DNA from: Octopus bimaculoides
Lineage: Eukaryota
DNA: 64,000 nucleotides
Direction: 5' to 3'
Assembly (NCBI RefSeq): GCF_001194135.2
Contig: NC_068990.1
Location: forward strand, 70,864,577-70,928,576
The notes under the pieces are model-generated. The model did not search any database and was not told where the DNA came from. It was given only the letters and a program-made list of their open reading frames with translations. The stretch's first letter is position 1; every line of letters starts with the position of its first letter. Below are positions 25,811 to 39,315 of the stretch, in pieces. The position numbers were made by a program, and so were the translations under genes.

Positions 25811-26702
25811 TTACAGTACAGTAAACTTAAGCAAGTATATTATTCACCATGACCTTGGGCTGATTAATGCTTTGTAAGTGAAATTTGCAGAAGCCCATTG
25901 TGTGTAGGAACAGGGAATACACACATCAGTGCAAAAACTGCCAATCTGCAACATGTCAAACAAAATTACCTTGCAGTATTTATTGTTCCTGAGTTGAAAA
26001 AACACTCCTTTGACACCCTAACCATGGAATATATAGGGAATTCATAACTGACTCATTAGAACATTATAACCAATGACACTAAATGAAGCATTTAAATAAA
26101 TGTAAGATTTTAATAGTCATTTACTATTAGACTGATAGTTATTCTAAACTTATTTTCATTCAAAAATCATCTTTAATCTTGTTTTAGGAGGTTTCTTTTG
26201 AATATCTCTAGGAATTGCACTATTCTCTAATGCAATTAGCACAAATAGGATTACACTTCCATTTTGCAAAGTGATTAAATTGAAATGGAACCAATAAACT
26301 AGATAGCAGAGGAAATTTATACCAAATAAAATACTATCTAAAGTAATAGTTTCATGAATGTTTCTAGTCCACTTAGCAATAATGATTAAAACTGATTAAA
26401 GCAATCAATTATTTACACAGGCATGTCTATGTCTGCTTCCCAACCATGCGGTCTCGAGTTTTGTCCCACAATGTGATGCCTTGGGCTAGACTCTTCTACT
26501 ATATCCCCAGGCCAACTGGGGTCTTATGAATGGGTTTAGTAGACAGAAACACACACACACATAATTTATTTATGTAGACAGTGATTAGAGTAATTCATTT
26601 TTTTATTTGAATTATTGAAGTTTATATGTGGGGTGGACAATATGGGTTCAAAAGAACTTCCAGGTGGTATAGTTCTAGAGAAGAGGAGCTTGGTCAAAAT
26701 GT

Positions 26703-26956
26703 TTAACCTTTTTGATATTAACTGACTTTATAAAACCAATTGTTTTAAAGACTTCATACTTAATTCATAATCTACCTTGACAATTCTATGCAAAAAGCTT
26801 TTATGAAATTGCTCCAAAACTAGCTTAAGATAGAAATAAATGTGAACATTAGATATTTCACTAACGACAACCAAATTCTTTATCATTTTGTATTAATCTA
26901 AAATATAATCAAGAATTCAACCAAAAATCACAGAAATTTAGTCATGAAAGGGTTAA
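26703..26956. mobile_element. TTAA-flanked MITE (piggyBac-like ends); related copy near 58568-58770
   Basis: ttaaccttttt...gaaagggttaa termini. Confidence 0.45.
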
Positions 26957-26979
26957 TGTGGTAATCAAGGAGGGTAGCT

Positions 26980-27270
26980 GCTTTAGTGGTTAGGGTATTG
27001 GGCTGGAGATTGCAAGGGTGTGAGTTTGATTTCTGGCAGTGCATTTTTGTCCTTAAGCAAGACACTTTATTTCATGTTGCTCCAGTCTACCCAGCTAGCA
27101 AAAATGAGTTGTACCTGTAATTCAAAGGGACCAACCTTTGCACTTTGTGTCATACCGAATCTCTCTGAGTACTACATTAAGGAAATGCATGTCTGTGGAG
27201 CAAGCTGCATGTTTCATGAGCAAGCTGTTCCGTTGATCAGATAAACTGGTACTATCATTGTGTAATGGAA
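26980..27270 (+). mobile_element. tRNA-derived SINE of a third family (CORE-like centre)
   Basis: tagtggttagg A-box-like, gagtttgatttc B-box-like, gtcctt.agcaagacacttt..ttgctccagtc core. Confidence 0.65.
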
Positions 27271-28255
27271 TTCCACACACACACACACATATATATGATC
27301 CTGAATAGTTAGCACAGAAATGGCAACTGTCTTGAATGGTCAGTCTTGATGAAGAGTGAGGTATAAGGATAAAGAAGCAGAAAAAAAAGAAGAAACAAAT
27401 GGGCAAAGGAAGATAGAAAAAGAATGAAAATAAAACCAAATATAACTTTTTTTTTTGAAGCTCTACTAATAAAAATGCTGACAATCAAAACAGAACAAAA
27501 TCTGCTGCACCCACAAAAACAAAACAACAAAGACTGTTCTATATTATAATGGAGATATGAATATTTCCCCTAAATTCCATTAATAGTTTCACTTAGTTCT
27601 GTGTTTCCATCGAAATAGAATTGCTTTCTGAGAACTAGATCAATCAATTCACATTATATATGTGCAATTCTTTTCTCAAGAAATACAACCAAAACATTGT
27701 CCAAAATAATAGAAAGAAAACAGCCCTATTTAAAACATATTTATCTGCCCCCACCACCACCACCCTTTCTCTTTCTTTGGCTACACATTCATTTGAGCTC
27801 AAATTTTTCTCAACTATTAATGTTGACAAACCGTTACTGGTACGGCAAACTATTATCTTTCTAAAACTAACACTTTTTCTGTATCCACTTATTTGAACCA
27901 ACAAACTCCAGTCACTCTCTCTCTCTCTTATCTCCAAAATTTGTTCCAATGCCAATCATAACATTTGATGACTTTNNNNNNNNNNNNNNNNNNNNNNNNN
28001 NNNNNNNNNNNNNNNNNNNNNNNNNNNNNNNNNNNNNNNNNNNNNNNNNNNNNNNNNNNNNNNNNNNNNNNNNNNNNNNNNNNNNNNNNNNNNNNNNNNN
28101 NNNNNNNNNNNNNNNNNNNNNNNNNNNNNNNNNNNNNNNNNNNNNNNNNNNNNNNNNNNNNNNNNNNNNNNNNNNNNNNNNNNNNNNNNNNNNNNNNNNN
28201 NNNNNNNNNNNNNNNNNNNNNNNNNNNNNNNNNNNNNNNNNNNNNNNNNNNNNNN

Positions 28256-28291
<36 letters not shown>

Positions 28292-29744
28292 TGATAGAAT
28301 AACCCTTACACATTAAGCTTAATAAGCTAAACTTTCATTTAATTGGAAAACATTCAAATTTGTATTACTTTATAAACAGTCAATTGAATCACCTTGAAAG
28401 ATGTTTCATTTATATGACCCGTATTTAAAATGTGTATCAAAAAGAAAAAAATCTTTTACTGAAATTATTATAGCTGTGTTTTTTTTTTTTTTTCAATATT
28501 TACACGTGAATTAAAACAAACCACTCTGATGGGCTCCCCTTTAAACAAAATGCATTATCTTTCTTCTGTAAAACTACAGCAGACTCTTATTCTGTCCTTA
28601 TGTTCTTTTAAAAGAATAAACTGTGCCCCATTCACTGTACCCACCTCTAATCCCCATCTCTAACCATCTGTCACTCTATCACAAACATACCTATCCACCC
28701 ACCCTTTCTAATCTACTTTCTCTATTTTCTCTCTTATATTCAATTTGTACCTGGGAGTTTGCCCTCACCACCTCTTTTCTCTCAGGTTGGGGAAGCTATT
28801 TATCTTCTCTTCAGTTAGACACCTGTTCCTGTTTCCCAATCATACTTTAACCCCTCCACACTTGACATAAAACTACCTATCTCAATACTACATCCTTACT
28901 CAGTTGAGGAGGTCTTACATTACAAGTTACTTGGTGACTACAAAAAGCACTCAGTACACTGTGAAGTGGTTGGCATTAGTAAGGGCCTCCAACCATAGAA
29001 ATCAAGCCAAAGCAAACATAAGAGCTCAGCACAGTCCTCTGGTTTGTTAGATCTGGTCAAACTATCCAACCCATGCAGGCGCTAAACGATGACTTGAAAC
29101 AAATATTATCTTCATAAAGCTTACTCAACAATCCACATCATTGCAATGCTAATAAACCCGTACAAATTACTCAGCTGTACCATTCTTCCACATATGTAAA
29201 AAAAAGAAAGTAATACTCTACTCTTTGTTATATTAACACAACAGGAAATTCAACTAAAGTTGTTCTCTGTTCAATAAAGCACAGATTTTTTTATAGCAAA
29301 AAATTCACATGTGAAGGAAAATGATTCTAATCTGCTAGAATAAATCAATATCTAAGATGTGGATGTGAGGGATTAAAAACCCAGAATTAAAATATCATAG
29401 AATATAATTTGCTACACAAGCACAAAGCCAGAAATGTAGGTGGTGGGAGGCAAGGAAGTGTTAATTATCTCAACATCATTATTTAACTGGGAGGATGAAA
29501 GGTAACATCAACTTCAGCAGGATTTAAACTCAGAATGTAAAGGGTCTTAAACTAAATACCATAAGGCATTAACTAAATACCACTGCCAGTCCAACTGCCT
29601 TGTATAAAATAATAGACGTATAAAATGTATAATATATAAATATCATAAAATATAGATAATCATTTCTAACACAGACACATCAATGTCACAAATCTAGGAC
29701 ACATCAACGTCACAAACTCAGAACATAGAAGCAGAATATTAATT

Positions 29745-30170
29745 TCAAATTTTGAGACAAGGCCAGTAATTTTGGGGCAGGGGGTAAGTTGATTACATTG
29801 ATCCCAGTGTTCAACTGGTACTTATTTTATCAACCCCGAAAGGACGAAAGATAAAATAGAACTCTACAAAATTTGAATTCAGAATGTAAAGACAGACAAA
29901 ATGTTGCTAAACATTTTTCCCAGCATGCTAATGATTCTTCTAGCTCACCACCTTAATCAGAGTATTGATTTCAAATTTTGGCATAAGACCAGTAATTTCG
30001 GGGGAGTGGAGTAAGTCGATTACATCAACTCCAGTACTTGACTGGTACTTATTTTATCAACCCTGTAAGTCGACCTTAGCAAAATTTGAACTTAGAACAT
30101 AAAGACAGATGAAATTCCACTAAGTATTTTGCTCAGTGTGCTAACAATTCTACCAGTTCACTGCCTTTAT
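29745..30170 (-). mobile_element. Two head-to-tail tRNA-derived SINEs; other copies near 4060-4200, 29440-29600, 60330-60960, 63505-63655
   Basis: Minus strand: ggtgagctagaagaatc.ttagca A-box, gagttcaaatt B-box, central ctttc.tcctttcgggg.tgataaaataagtaccag domain. Confidence 0.8.
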
Positions 30171-32729
30171 AAAATATAATGACATAAAATATAATTCAAT
30201 TTGAAAATGTACACCAATAAAATTTAATGTAATACTTTTGGTGAGGCGGTAAGAAATAAAGAGATCAGAAAATTTGGCCCCTTCTCACATACTTTTATTC
30301 CTACCATAAAACACCCACACTAGTAGTCTTGCAAGCTGTTTAGTGACTTAATTACATCTGGTGACATGCAAAAAATATCCAGTACATGCTGTAAAGTGGT
30401 TGGCATTAGGAAGGGCATCCAACTATAGAAACCATGTCAAAGCAGACAGTGGAGTTCAATGGGCCCACCAGATGCTGTCAAAGCATTCAACCTATGCTAG
30501 TATGGAACAAATAATGATAAATGATGATGGTAGAAACAATCATTCAAAATTATCACCTCCTCCACACTATCTTGAATCTCTTATCTCTCTTCAGAAACCT
30601 ACCAGTACAAGATCAGTAAAATCAGAATTTTGTAAATACAGAGATAGGAAAGAGCACTGATACTTGTAAACTTTAGGGAAATCAATGCTATCTGTGACAC
30701 TAGCAAAACCATTGACCGTGTCAAGTATAAAAAGCAGAACCAATTAGAAGCTTTTGCAGTTTGTATTGATGGAATTCATAGACTGAAGTACAGCACCAAA
30801 ATTCACCAATGGTCTACTTGCTGGCACTTTAAGCTACTCTTAATCCGATTTCATTGGTATTCTTCAACATATCTCTATCAATTTCCATATATAACTTTAA
30901 CATCTTCTCCATACCTGTACATCCCCATTGGGCAGACATACAATATGTTCTAGTTACTCTCTGCAAACGATGGTGGTGGTGGGGAAATGATATCTCAGGA
31001 AATAAATCTTCAGCTTGCAGCTCTCAAAATATTATCCAAACAACCATAATTGCTACAAATTTTATCTCTCTCTTTCTCTCCCCACCTCTCTCTCTTTTTC
31101 TCAGCTCATAAGTTACACCATATTTTTTTTCATAACAAACTTTTCTCTATCACAATGAAGTGTTGTAAAGGTCTTTAGAGTTATAAAAGACTTCTAAACA
31201 AGTTCAGGCAACTAATACATTGTTAAAAGTACTCATCACGCAGCCACCCCCACCCCCTCACACAGACATTCCGAAAGTAAGACAGACTGCCTGATAGACA
31301 TGCCTATTCTCCTCCAGTACCAAGTTTCCACTGAACAGTGTTATTTCTCTCTCTCTCTCTCTCTCTCTCTCCTGTGTGCTATTAAAAATTTGCTTTGCTA
31401 ATCTGTTAAGAACTGTGCAGTTCATAAGTACTGCTCCTCCTCTGCAGGCTAACAAATATTAAATAAAAGAATATCAACATATTGTATTTCCTCATAAGAG
31501 TTATCAGATAAATCAGTTATTGAAATCTACACTATGACTACTTTTTAAAGCAGAAATGTCAATAACTAAAGTATTAGTAGCCCTTTTTTGTTGCTGTTTT
31601 GCCTCCTACACTTATCTAAATATCTCATGTTGACTTTGAGAAGTTTTCTTTTGACGTGTTACACCAACTCATCACAAATCAAAACTGGTTATATATTTCT
31701 ACAACATTGGAAAGAAGAGTGTCTTTATAAATTACCAGTGAGAGAATTTCCAGGAAAAGGAATTGTTATTTACGAGTGTTATGTAAATTCAAATCAAATT
31801 ATCTTGCTGACAAGCATTTCTGTTAGGTGATCAATAAAATCAATAAGTTTGTTAGATTTTTTTAATAAAATTCTTAATTCAAATTTTATAACTTTTCAAA
31901 AATCCTGATAAGAACAGAAGATATTTCCATAAAAAAATTATATATAAAGCTTAGAATAGTAGTCTAGTATCAATAAGGAAATTTTAAACAACACAACATT
32001 TTAGAAAGGGAATTGTTAGAATGAAACAAACTATAGGATATCAACCCTCAACAAATTAGATATACTGTAAATAATTGAAATATATTGTATTGTTTGTAAT
32101 CCTTATCTTCTGAAAACAAACAAACTTTTCTAACGAGACTAGTAAGAGAATATTTGAATACAATAAAAAATTACATGGATATTGGTTTTAACATTACAAG
32201 AGAAAGTCAGGTCAAACCAAATAATGTGCTTACTGCTCCATCTTCACTTTGTTGAAACACTTATTTCAAGTAGGAGTGTGATGCACCCTTAGTCCATTCT
32301 ACGTTTGGGCCATCTAGGAATTTACAGCAGACCTACATGTGCCTGCTCTATCACCATTTCTATGGATTTATCATGGACAGTGGTGATGGTAGTGGGGGGA
32401 GGTTAAATCCCTAGCAGTGGTCTTAGTATCCCCATGAAGGGGTCTAGTGGTGGTTGACTTGTAGACATCCCTTGAATGATCCTGGTTCACAGCTACATCA
32501 CAAGAAGTAGCACCATTCTGAGCTGCATCAGAATACTTCATGGTTGTATTCCCACTATTCTTATTCCTAAGGTTTAACTTAAGGCTGGTGTCAGCAATAA
32601 ATCTAATCATACCCTGTCCTCATTATAATAACCTGCATTATTGTTGAAGATACTTTCATTTGCAGAAAGATTAGACACCCTAATGGATATACTCTTAATA
32701 ACATCTTTTGTGATATACTAGGGATGATA

Positions 32730-34005
32730 TATATCATCTAGTCTAATTAGAAACAGTATTAGATTAGATAAAATGCAGTTTGGTTTTGTACTTGAGAGAA
32801 GAACCACGGATGCTCTTTTCATAGTCAACTGCAAAAGAAGCATTTAGCTAAGAACAAGCTGTTGTACTTGGCATTTGTTGATTAACAGAGTACCTCATTC
32901 TGTGATATAGTGGTCTCTGGGGAAGCTAGAAGCTTGTGAAAGCAGTACAAACCATGTACAAGGATGCTGTTAGTAAGGTAAGAGTTATCCATGGGTACAA
33001 TGATGAATTTAGTGTATGAGTAGGTGCTCACTAAGGCTTGGTCCTCAGCCCCTTCCCATTCATTATCATCCCCCAGGCCATAACAGAAAAATTTAAGACA
33101 CTTGACGCCCATGGGAATTACTGTATGCTAATGATCTTGCCCACGTAGCAGAATCAATAACAGAATTAGAAAAGCAATTCTAGAAATAACACCTGAAATC
33201 AAAGGGTCTTAAAGTTAACTTAGCAAAGACTAACATCCTAGTAAGCAAGAAATTGGACAGAATCCTTCACTCTCCCAGTTCAATATGTAGGAAGGGTGTA
33301 GGTAGAAATTTCATTTGGTGTAGCCAGTGCAAGCTCTTTCTAAGTGAAAGGAAGAGTGTATGATGCATGTATATGAACTGCAATGCTACCTGTTAGTGAG
33401 ATGTGGGCCCTGAATACAAAGGACATGTGAAGACTAGAAAGGAACAAAGCTGGTATACTCCACTGCATGTGCAGTGTCAGTGTACATGTGCAACAGAGCA
33501 CTAGTGTATCGAGAGAAAAGTTAGATATAAGAGGAATTGTATGCAATGTGCAAGAGAGGAGACCATGCTGGGTGGGTCACATGATGCAGAAGGATGAGAA
33601 CAGTTACATAAAAAAGTGCTGATCACTTAAAGTGGAAGGACGTTGTGGAAGAGGTAAGTCCAGGAAGACATGGGATGAAGTACCGAAAGCCGATCTGAAA
33701 ACATTGAGCCTTATAAAGGAGATGACAGAAGACCATTGCTGTACTCAAGAAGAGCCACCCATCTCAACAGAACTGATATTCTATAAGCAAGGTACCATGT
33801 AAAAAGCACTGGTGATGGTACCACATAAAAGGCACCTAGTACACTCTGTAAAGTGGTTGGCATTAGGAAACCTGCTGTAGAAACCAAGCCAAAACTGACT
33901 ATGGAACCGGGTGTGGATCCTGGCCTTGCCAGTTCCTTTCAAGCCACCCAACCCATGCCAGCATGGAGAATGGACATTAAATGATAATGATGATGATGAT
34001 ATATC
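32730..34005 (+). mobile_element. Decayed, internally deleted RTE LINE with tail
   Basis: LDKMQFGFV..TTDALFI, MYKDAVSKVRV, PWELLYANDL, SICRKGVGRNFIWCSQCK, (GAT)n tail. Confidence 0.85.
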
Positions 34006-34849
34006 TATATATATATATTAGTTGAGGGGATAAGTAAAATCCATGTGATAACCTCATCAGCACTTCAGACAGGAACCTGGCTAGCATAACGTTTGAATAA
34101 CTGAAGGATGTTTAATTAAACTATTGTCAATCAAGGCATGTATATCGATTAGGCATATTATAATCCTCACAGAGTAAAAAGTAATTATTTTAACTGAGGA
34201 AAAGCTATATATATATAGACACAGTTATGTCCACTTAGTTATGAAATTTACTTTGCAGCCATATGGTCTTAAATTGCAAAGTGCCAGACTGACACTTTGG
34301 ATAGGTTTCACCAAGCCTTGGGATGATCGATGTCATTTAAGTGGACTTAGCAGACGTTGGAGATAGAAGCTGTATAGAAGCTTGTATATAGGTGTGTGTG
34401 TGTGCATACATGCATGTATCTATGTGTGTGAATGCTGTCATTTTCTCTTCTTTTTTATTTTGGAGACCATAATGAGCAAAATGCAATGATGTCATGTTTA
34501 CATTCCCAGTTAACAGAATGCTCTGTAGCTCTGTTCATTTAACACGAAGAAAACATCTAGCCATAAAATACTGGTGCAAATAAGTGTCAATCCAGATGGG
34601 AGAACAGACATTAAATGGACCCTGATACACAAAGAATTATAACATAGAACAGAAACAGAAAAGTAAGAAAAGCAAGTGAATTTCTTTAGATCTATTAAGT
34701 AAGATGGAACTGAAGTGGATTATACTCTCCCTGAGAAAATAAAAATACAAATAAACTCCTAAAGAACTACAAATCTCAGGAACAATAGAAAGCAAAACCT
34801 GCTCAAATAAATACAGTAGAAATCTCATAAATACAGTAATCAATTTAAC

Positions 34850-36885
34850 TGAAGACCGGGAAAGCCCCCGGCCCATCAGGAATCACTGCAGAGATGCTCA
34901 AAATATCTGGCAGTGTTGGCTATAGCCTAGTCACCCGTATTACGAACCAGGTGATACACGAAGGAGTCATACCCAATGACTGGTGTAGCAGCATCATAGT
35001 CAACTACTACATAGGTAAAGGTGACGCTTTAGATACAAATAATTACAGAGGCATCAAGCTGTTAGATCAGGTTATGAAAGTCACAGAGAGGGTCATAGCC
35101 CAACTAATTAGGGAGTGAATCAATTTAGATGAGATGCAGTTTGGGTTCGTGCNNNNNNNNNNNNNNNNNNNNNNNNNNNNNNNNNNNNNNNNNNNNNNNN
35201 NNNNNNNNNNNNNNNNNNNNNNNNNNNNNNNNNNNNNNNNNNNNNNNNNNNNNNNNNNNNNNNNNNNNNNNNNNNNNNNNNNNNNNNNNNNNNNNNNNNN
35301 NNNNNNNNNNNNNNNNNNNNNNNNNNNNNNNNNNNNNNNNNNNNNNNNNNNNNNNNNNNNNNNNNNNNNNNNNNNNNNNNNNNNNNNNNNNNNNNNNNNN
35401 NNNNNNNNNNNNNNNNNNNNNNNNNNNNNNNNNNNNNNNNNNNNNNNNNNNNNNNNNNNNNNNNNNNNNNNNNNNNNNNNNNNNNNNNNNNNNNNNNNNN
35501 NNNNNNNNNNNNNNNNNNNNNNNNNNNNNNNNNNNNNNNNNNNNNNNNNNNNNNNNNNNNNNNNNNNNNNNNNNNNNNNNNNNNNNNNNNNNNNNNNNNN
35601 NNNNNNNNNNNNNNNNNNNNNNNNNNNNNNNNNNNNNNNNNNNNNNNNNNNNNNNNNNNNNNNNNNNNNNNNNNNNNNNNNNNNNNNNNNNNNNNNNNNN
35701 NNNNNNNNNNNNNNAAAACCAAAATCCTAATAAGTAGGAAGGTAGATAAAACACAAACCCCTTCAGGTAGATGGCCCTGCTCAGTATGTAGAAAAAGAGT
35801 AGGTAGTAACTCTATAAGATGTACCCGGTGCAAGCTATGGACACATAAGAGGTGCACCAACATCAAAGGCAGGTTAACTAGGAAGTTAGTTTTTGTTTGT
35901 GGCAGATGTTCAGGTGCAATAAAGACTGTAAACAAACAGGAAACAACTTCTATCTCATTCCAGGGTGAAAAACTAGAGGTAGTCGATAGCTTCCGCTATC
36001 TGGGCGACCAGGTTAGTAGTGGGGGTGGGTGCGCTGAAAGTGCAGCTGCCAGAATAACAATAGCCTGGGCAAAGTTTAGAGAGCTCTTACCCCTGCCGGC
36101 GACAAAGGGACTCTCACTCAGAGTAAAAGGCAGACTGTATGACGCATGTGTACGGACAGCCATGCTACATGGCAGTGAAACATGGGCTGTAACTGCTGAG
36201 GACATACATAAGCTCACAAGAAATGAAGCCAGTATGCTCCGTTGGATGTGTAATGTCAATGTGAATACCTGTCAGAGTGTAAGTATCTTGATAGAGAAGC
36301 TGAACATTAGAAGCATCAGTTGTGGTGTGCAAGAGAGACGATTACGCTGGTATNNNNNNNNNNNNNNNNNNNNNNNNNNNNNNNNNNNNNNNNNNNNNNN
36401 NNNNNNNNNNNNNNNNNNNNNNNNNNNNNNNNNNNNNNNNNNNNNNNNNNNNNNNNNNNNNNNNNNNNNNNNNNNNNNNNNNNNNNNNNNNNNNNNNNNN
36501 NNNNNNNNNNNNNNNNNNNNNNNNNNNNNNNNNNNNNNNNNNNNNNNNNNNNNNNNNNNNNNNNNNNNNNNNNNNNNNNNNNNNNNNNNNGAGAAGACCC
36601 GGCAAGCCAAGTAAGATCGTTGCCAGTGCCCCTGGACTGGCTTGTGCGGGTGGCACATAAAAGACACCATTTCGAGCGTGGCCATTGCCAGTATCGCCTG
36701 ACTGGCCTTCGTGCAGGTGACACGTAAAAGCACCTACTACACTCTCTGAGTGGTTGGCGTTAGGAAGGGCATCCAGCTGTAGAAACTCTGCCAAATTTAG
36801 ATTGGAGCCTGGTGTTGCCATCCGGTTTCACCAGTCCTCAGTCAAGTCGTCCAACCCATGCTAGCATGGAAAGCGGACGTTAAAC

Positions 36886-36918
<33 letters not shown>
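34850..36918 (+). mobile_element. Relatively young 5'-truncated RTE LINE spanning two gaps, with PHD-like finger, 3' UTR and (GAT)n tail
   Basis: KTGKAPGPSGITAEMLK...NYRGIKLLDQVMK...MQFGFV, gap, KTKIL...PHD...FRYLGDQ...MLHGSETWAV...RLRWY. Confidence 0.95.
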
Positions 36919-36919
<1 letters not shown>

Positions 36920-37529
36920 TATATTAACATAATTCCCTAAGTATTTAAATAAACATTTGCTAAAAGCAAGATACATATATTTTTAAATCATATTACAGTA
37001 AAAAAAACGTATTGTTATGTAGGAAGATTGGTGAAAATGGTAGAAGCAGTAAAAGCTGGACTAGATGTTTCATAATCATTCTGTAATCATATTTAAATTG
37101 AATTTCAAATAATCACAAGCTGATGGCAAGTATTTTAATGTGTCAAACTGAAATTTTCCCTTCTTTTTAAAATAAAAAGTAGCAAGTAAACTTTGTTCAA
37201 AGTATATTTTCATGTTTTAACAAAAAAGCAATTGCAATACAGTAACACCACTGATGATATAGACTTAGAAGAAAGCCTCCACATGATTTGTTGCTAGGTT
37301 AAAAATAACAACCGAATGTCTCTCAAAAACCATATATCAAAAAAATAAAAGATGAACTTGTTTAGATCCTGATATACAAAGAGACCAGATGATCAAGGCT
37401 GAAATGTTTTTGCTCATAGGTTTCTCAATCAGGAGTAACCAGAGAGCAAAACAACAGCAAAAATAAGATAGGCAAACGTAGTCTTTAGGAGCTAAAATGT
37501 CTTGACTATTGATATAATATGAATAACAT

Positions 37530-37880
37530 AGACATGGCTGTGTGGTAACAAGTGTGCTTCTCAATCACATGGTTCTAGATTCAGTACCACTGCATGGTAC
37601 CTTGGGCAAGTGTCTTTTGTTATAGCCTTGGGCCGATCAAAGCCTTGTGAGTGGATATGTTTGACAAAAATTGAAAGAAACCCATTGTGTGTGAGTCACC
37701 ACCGCTTGGCAATTGGTGTTGGTGTATTTATGCACTTAAAACTTAGCACTTCAGCAAAAGAGACCAATAAAATAAATACTAGGCTTAAAAAGGTAAGTCT
37801 TTGGGTTGATTTGTTTGACTAAAACCCTTCAAAATGGTGCTCCAGCATGGTCATAGTCAAATGACTGTAACAAATAAAGG
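37530..37880 (+). mobile_element. tRNA/CORE-type SINE, near full length
   Basis: ggctgtgtggtaa..ggttc..gtaccactgcatgg.accttgggcaagtgtctt..ggtgctccagcatgg. Confidence 0.75.
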
Positions 37881-38549
37881 GTAGAAGATAAGAGGATACC
37901 AACTACCAATCTCTCAACCAGTTTAACGGTATTCTAACAACTAAACCATCATCAGCCTACTCACACTCTTTGATATAATGTATTGGGTATAAACCAACCC
38001 CAAGAAAAAGTTGACCTATTATCATTCATTAACATTGTCATTTTTATTCTTCAGGCTGATTCAACTGTCTGTACTACCTTTGTCTTACAAAAGTTAATAA
38101 ACAGTCCTTTGTCTGATAAAAAAAAAATACTAAAAACAACATTGTTGATTATTTCACTTGTGTTGTTTTCTTTAACATTCTTAAGGAGAAAGATTGAAGT
38201 CAAGTGATGTGACTAAAGGATATTATTGGTAGTTTGTTTGCACTCTTGTGCTCTACATGGTCATAAGAAATAACAGTCAAACCTCTATCAAATCAAAGTT
38301 CACTGTCTAAAACAAGGAAGGATATAATGGATAGTGTAGTCACAGATGTATCTAAAAAGATAGGACTGTCATAGTTAAGTGTTGTCCTGGAGCTAAATAA
38401 CAACTACTGGCCCTTTATTGGTTTCAGATGTATTTCTTACACATTCTATCTTGTTTGAAATTTACCTCAAATGTTAGATGCACCAAATTAGCCACCATTA
38501 CGTTTCTAACCAAACCAACCAATAGAAATACTATAATCAGTACACAAAC

Positions 38550-39315
38550 ACTTGCCTCTAGGCAAGAACAGAGGAATTCAAGACGGTTACTCCTGGGAAC
38601 TCCTCTATGCTGATGACCTTGCTCTTATAGCTGAATCACTACCAGAACTAGAGAAAAAGTTTCAGGTGTGGAAACAAGATTTAGAATTGAAGGGCCTTAG
38701 AGTTAACCTAGCAAAAACCAAAGTCTTAGTGAGTAGGAAAGGGGACAAATCACAAATCCCCGCTTGATCTGTAAAACAGGCATAAGTAGAAACTCCATAA
38801 AAAGTACCCAGTGTAAGCAATGGACACATAAGAGGTGCAGCAATATCAGAAGAAGGTTAACAGGGAAGATAGTTTTTGTGTGTGGAAGGTGCACAGGTAC
38901 AATAAACACTGAAAATGTACAGAAAATAGATTCCATTACATGCTAGGGGAAAAACTAGAACAAACTAGTAGTCAATAGCCTCTATTATCTAAGTGACCAA
39001 GTCAGTAGCAGAGGTGGATGCTCTGAGAGTATAGCTACTAGAATAAAAATAGGCTGGGCAAAGTTCAGAGAGCTTCTACCTCTGCTGGTAACAAAAGGCC
39101 TCTCACTCAGAGTGAAAAGCAGACTGTATGATGCTTGTGTGCAAACAGCCAGCAAACAACAGTGAAACATGGGCTGTGACTGCTGAGGACATGCATAGGC
39201 TTGTAAGAAATGAAGCTAGTATGCTCTGCTGGATGTATAATGTCAGTGTGCATGTTCAACAGAGTGTAAGCATCTTCAGAGAAAAGTTGGGCATACGAGG
39301 CATCAAATGTGGTAG
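38550..39315 (+). mobile_element. RTE LINE fragment containing the RT YADD motif and a damaged PHD-like finger
   Basis: SWELLYADDLALIAESLPELEKKFQVWKQDLELKGLRVNLAKTKVL, QCKQWTHKRC...FVCGRC, SETWAVTAEDM. Confidence 0.9.

Noticed and set aside
30915-30990. CAG|gtatgg donor on the minus strand
   Set aside because: The phase-0 frame has an upstream stop and no ATG; no acceptor.
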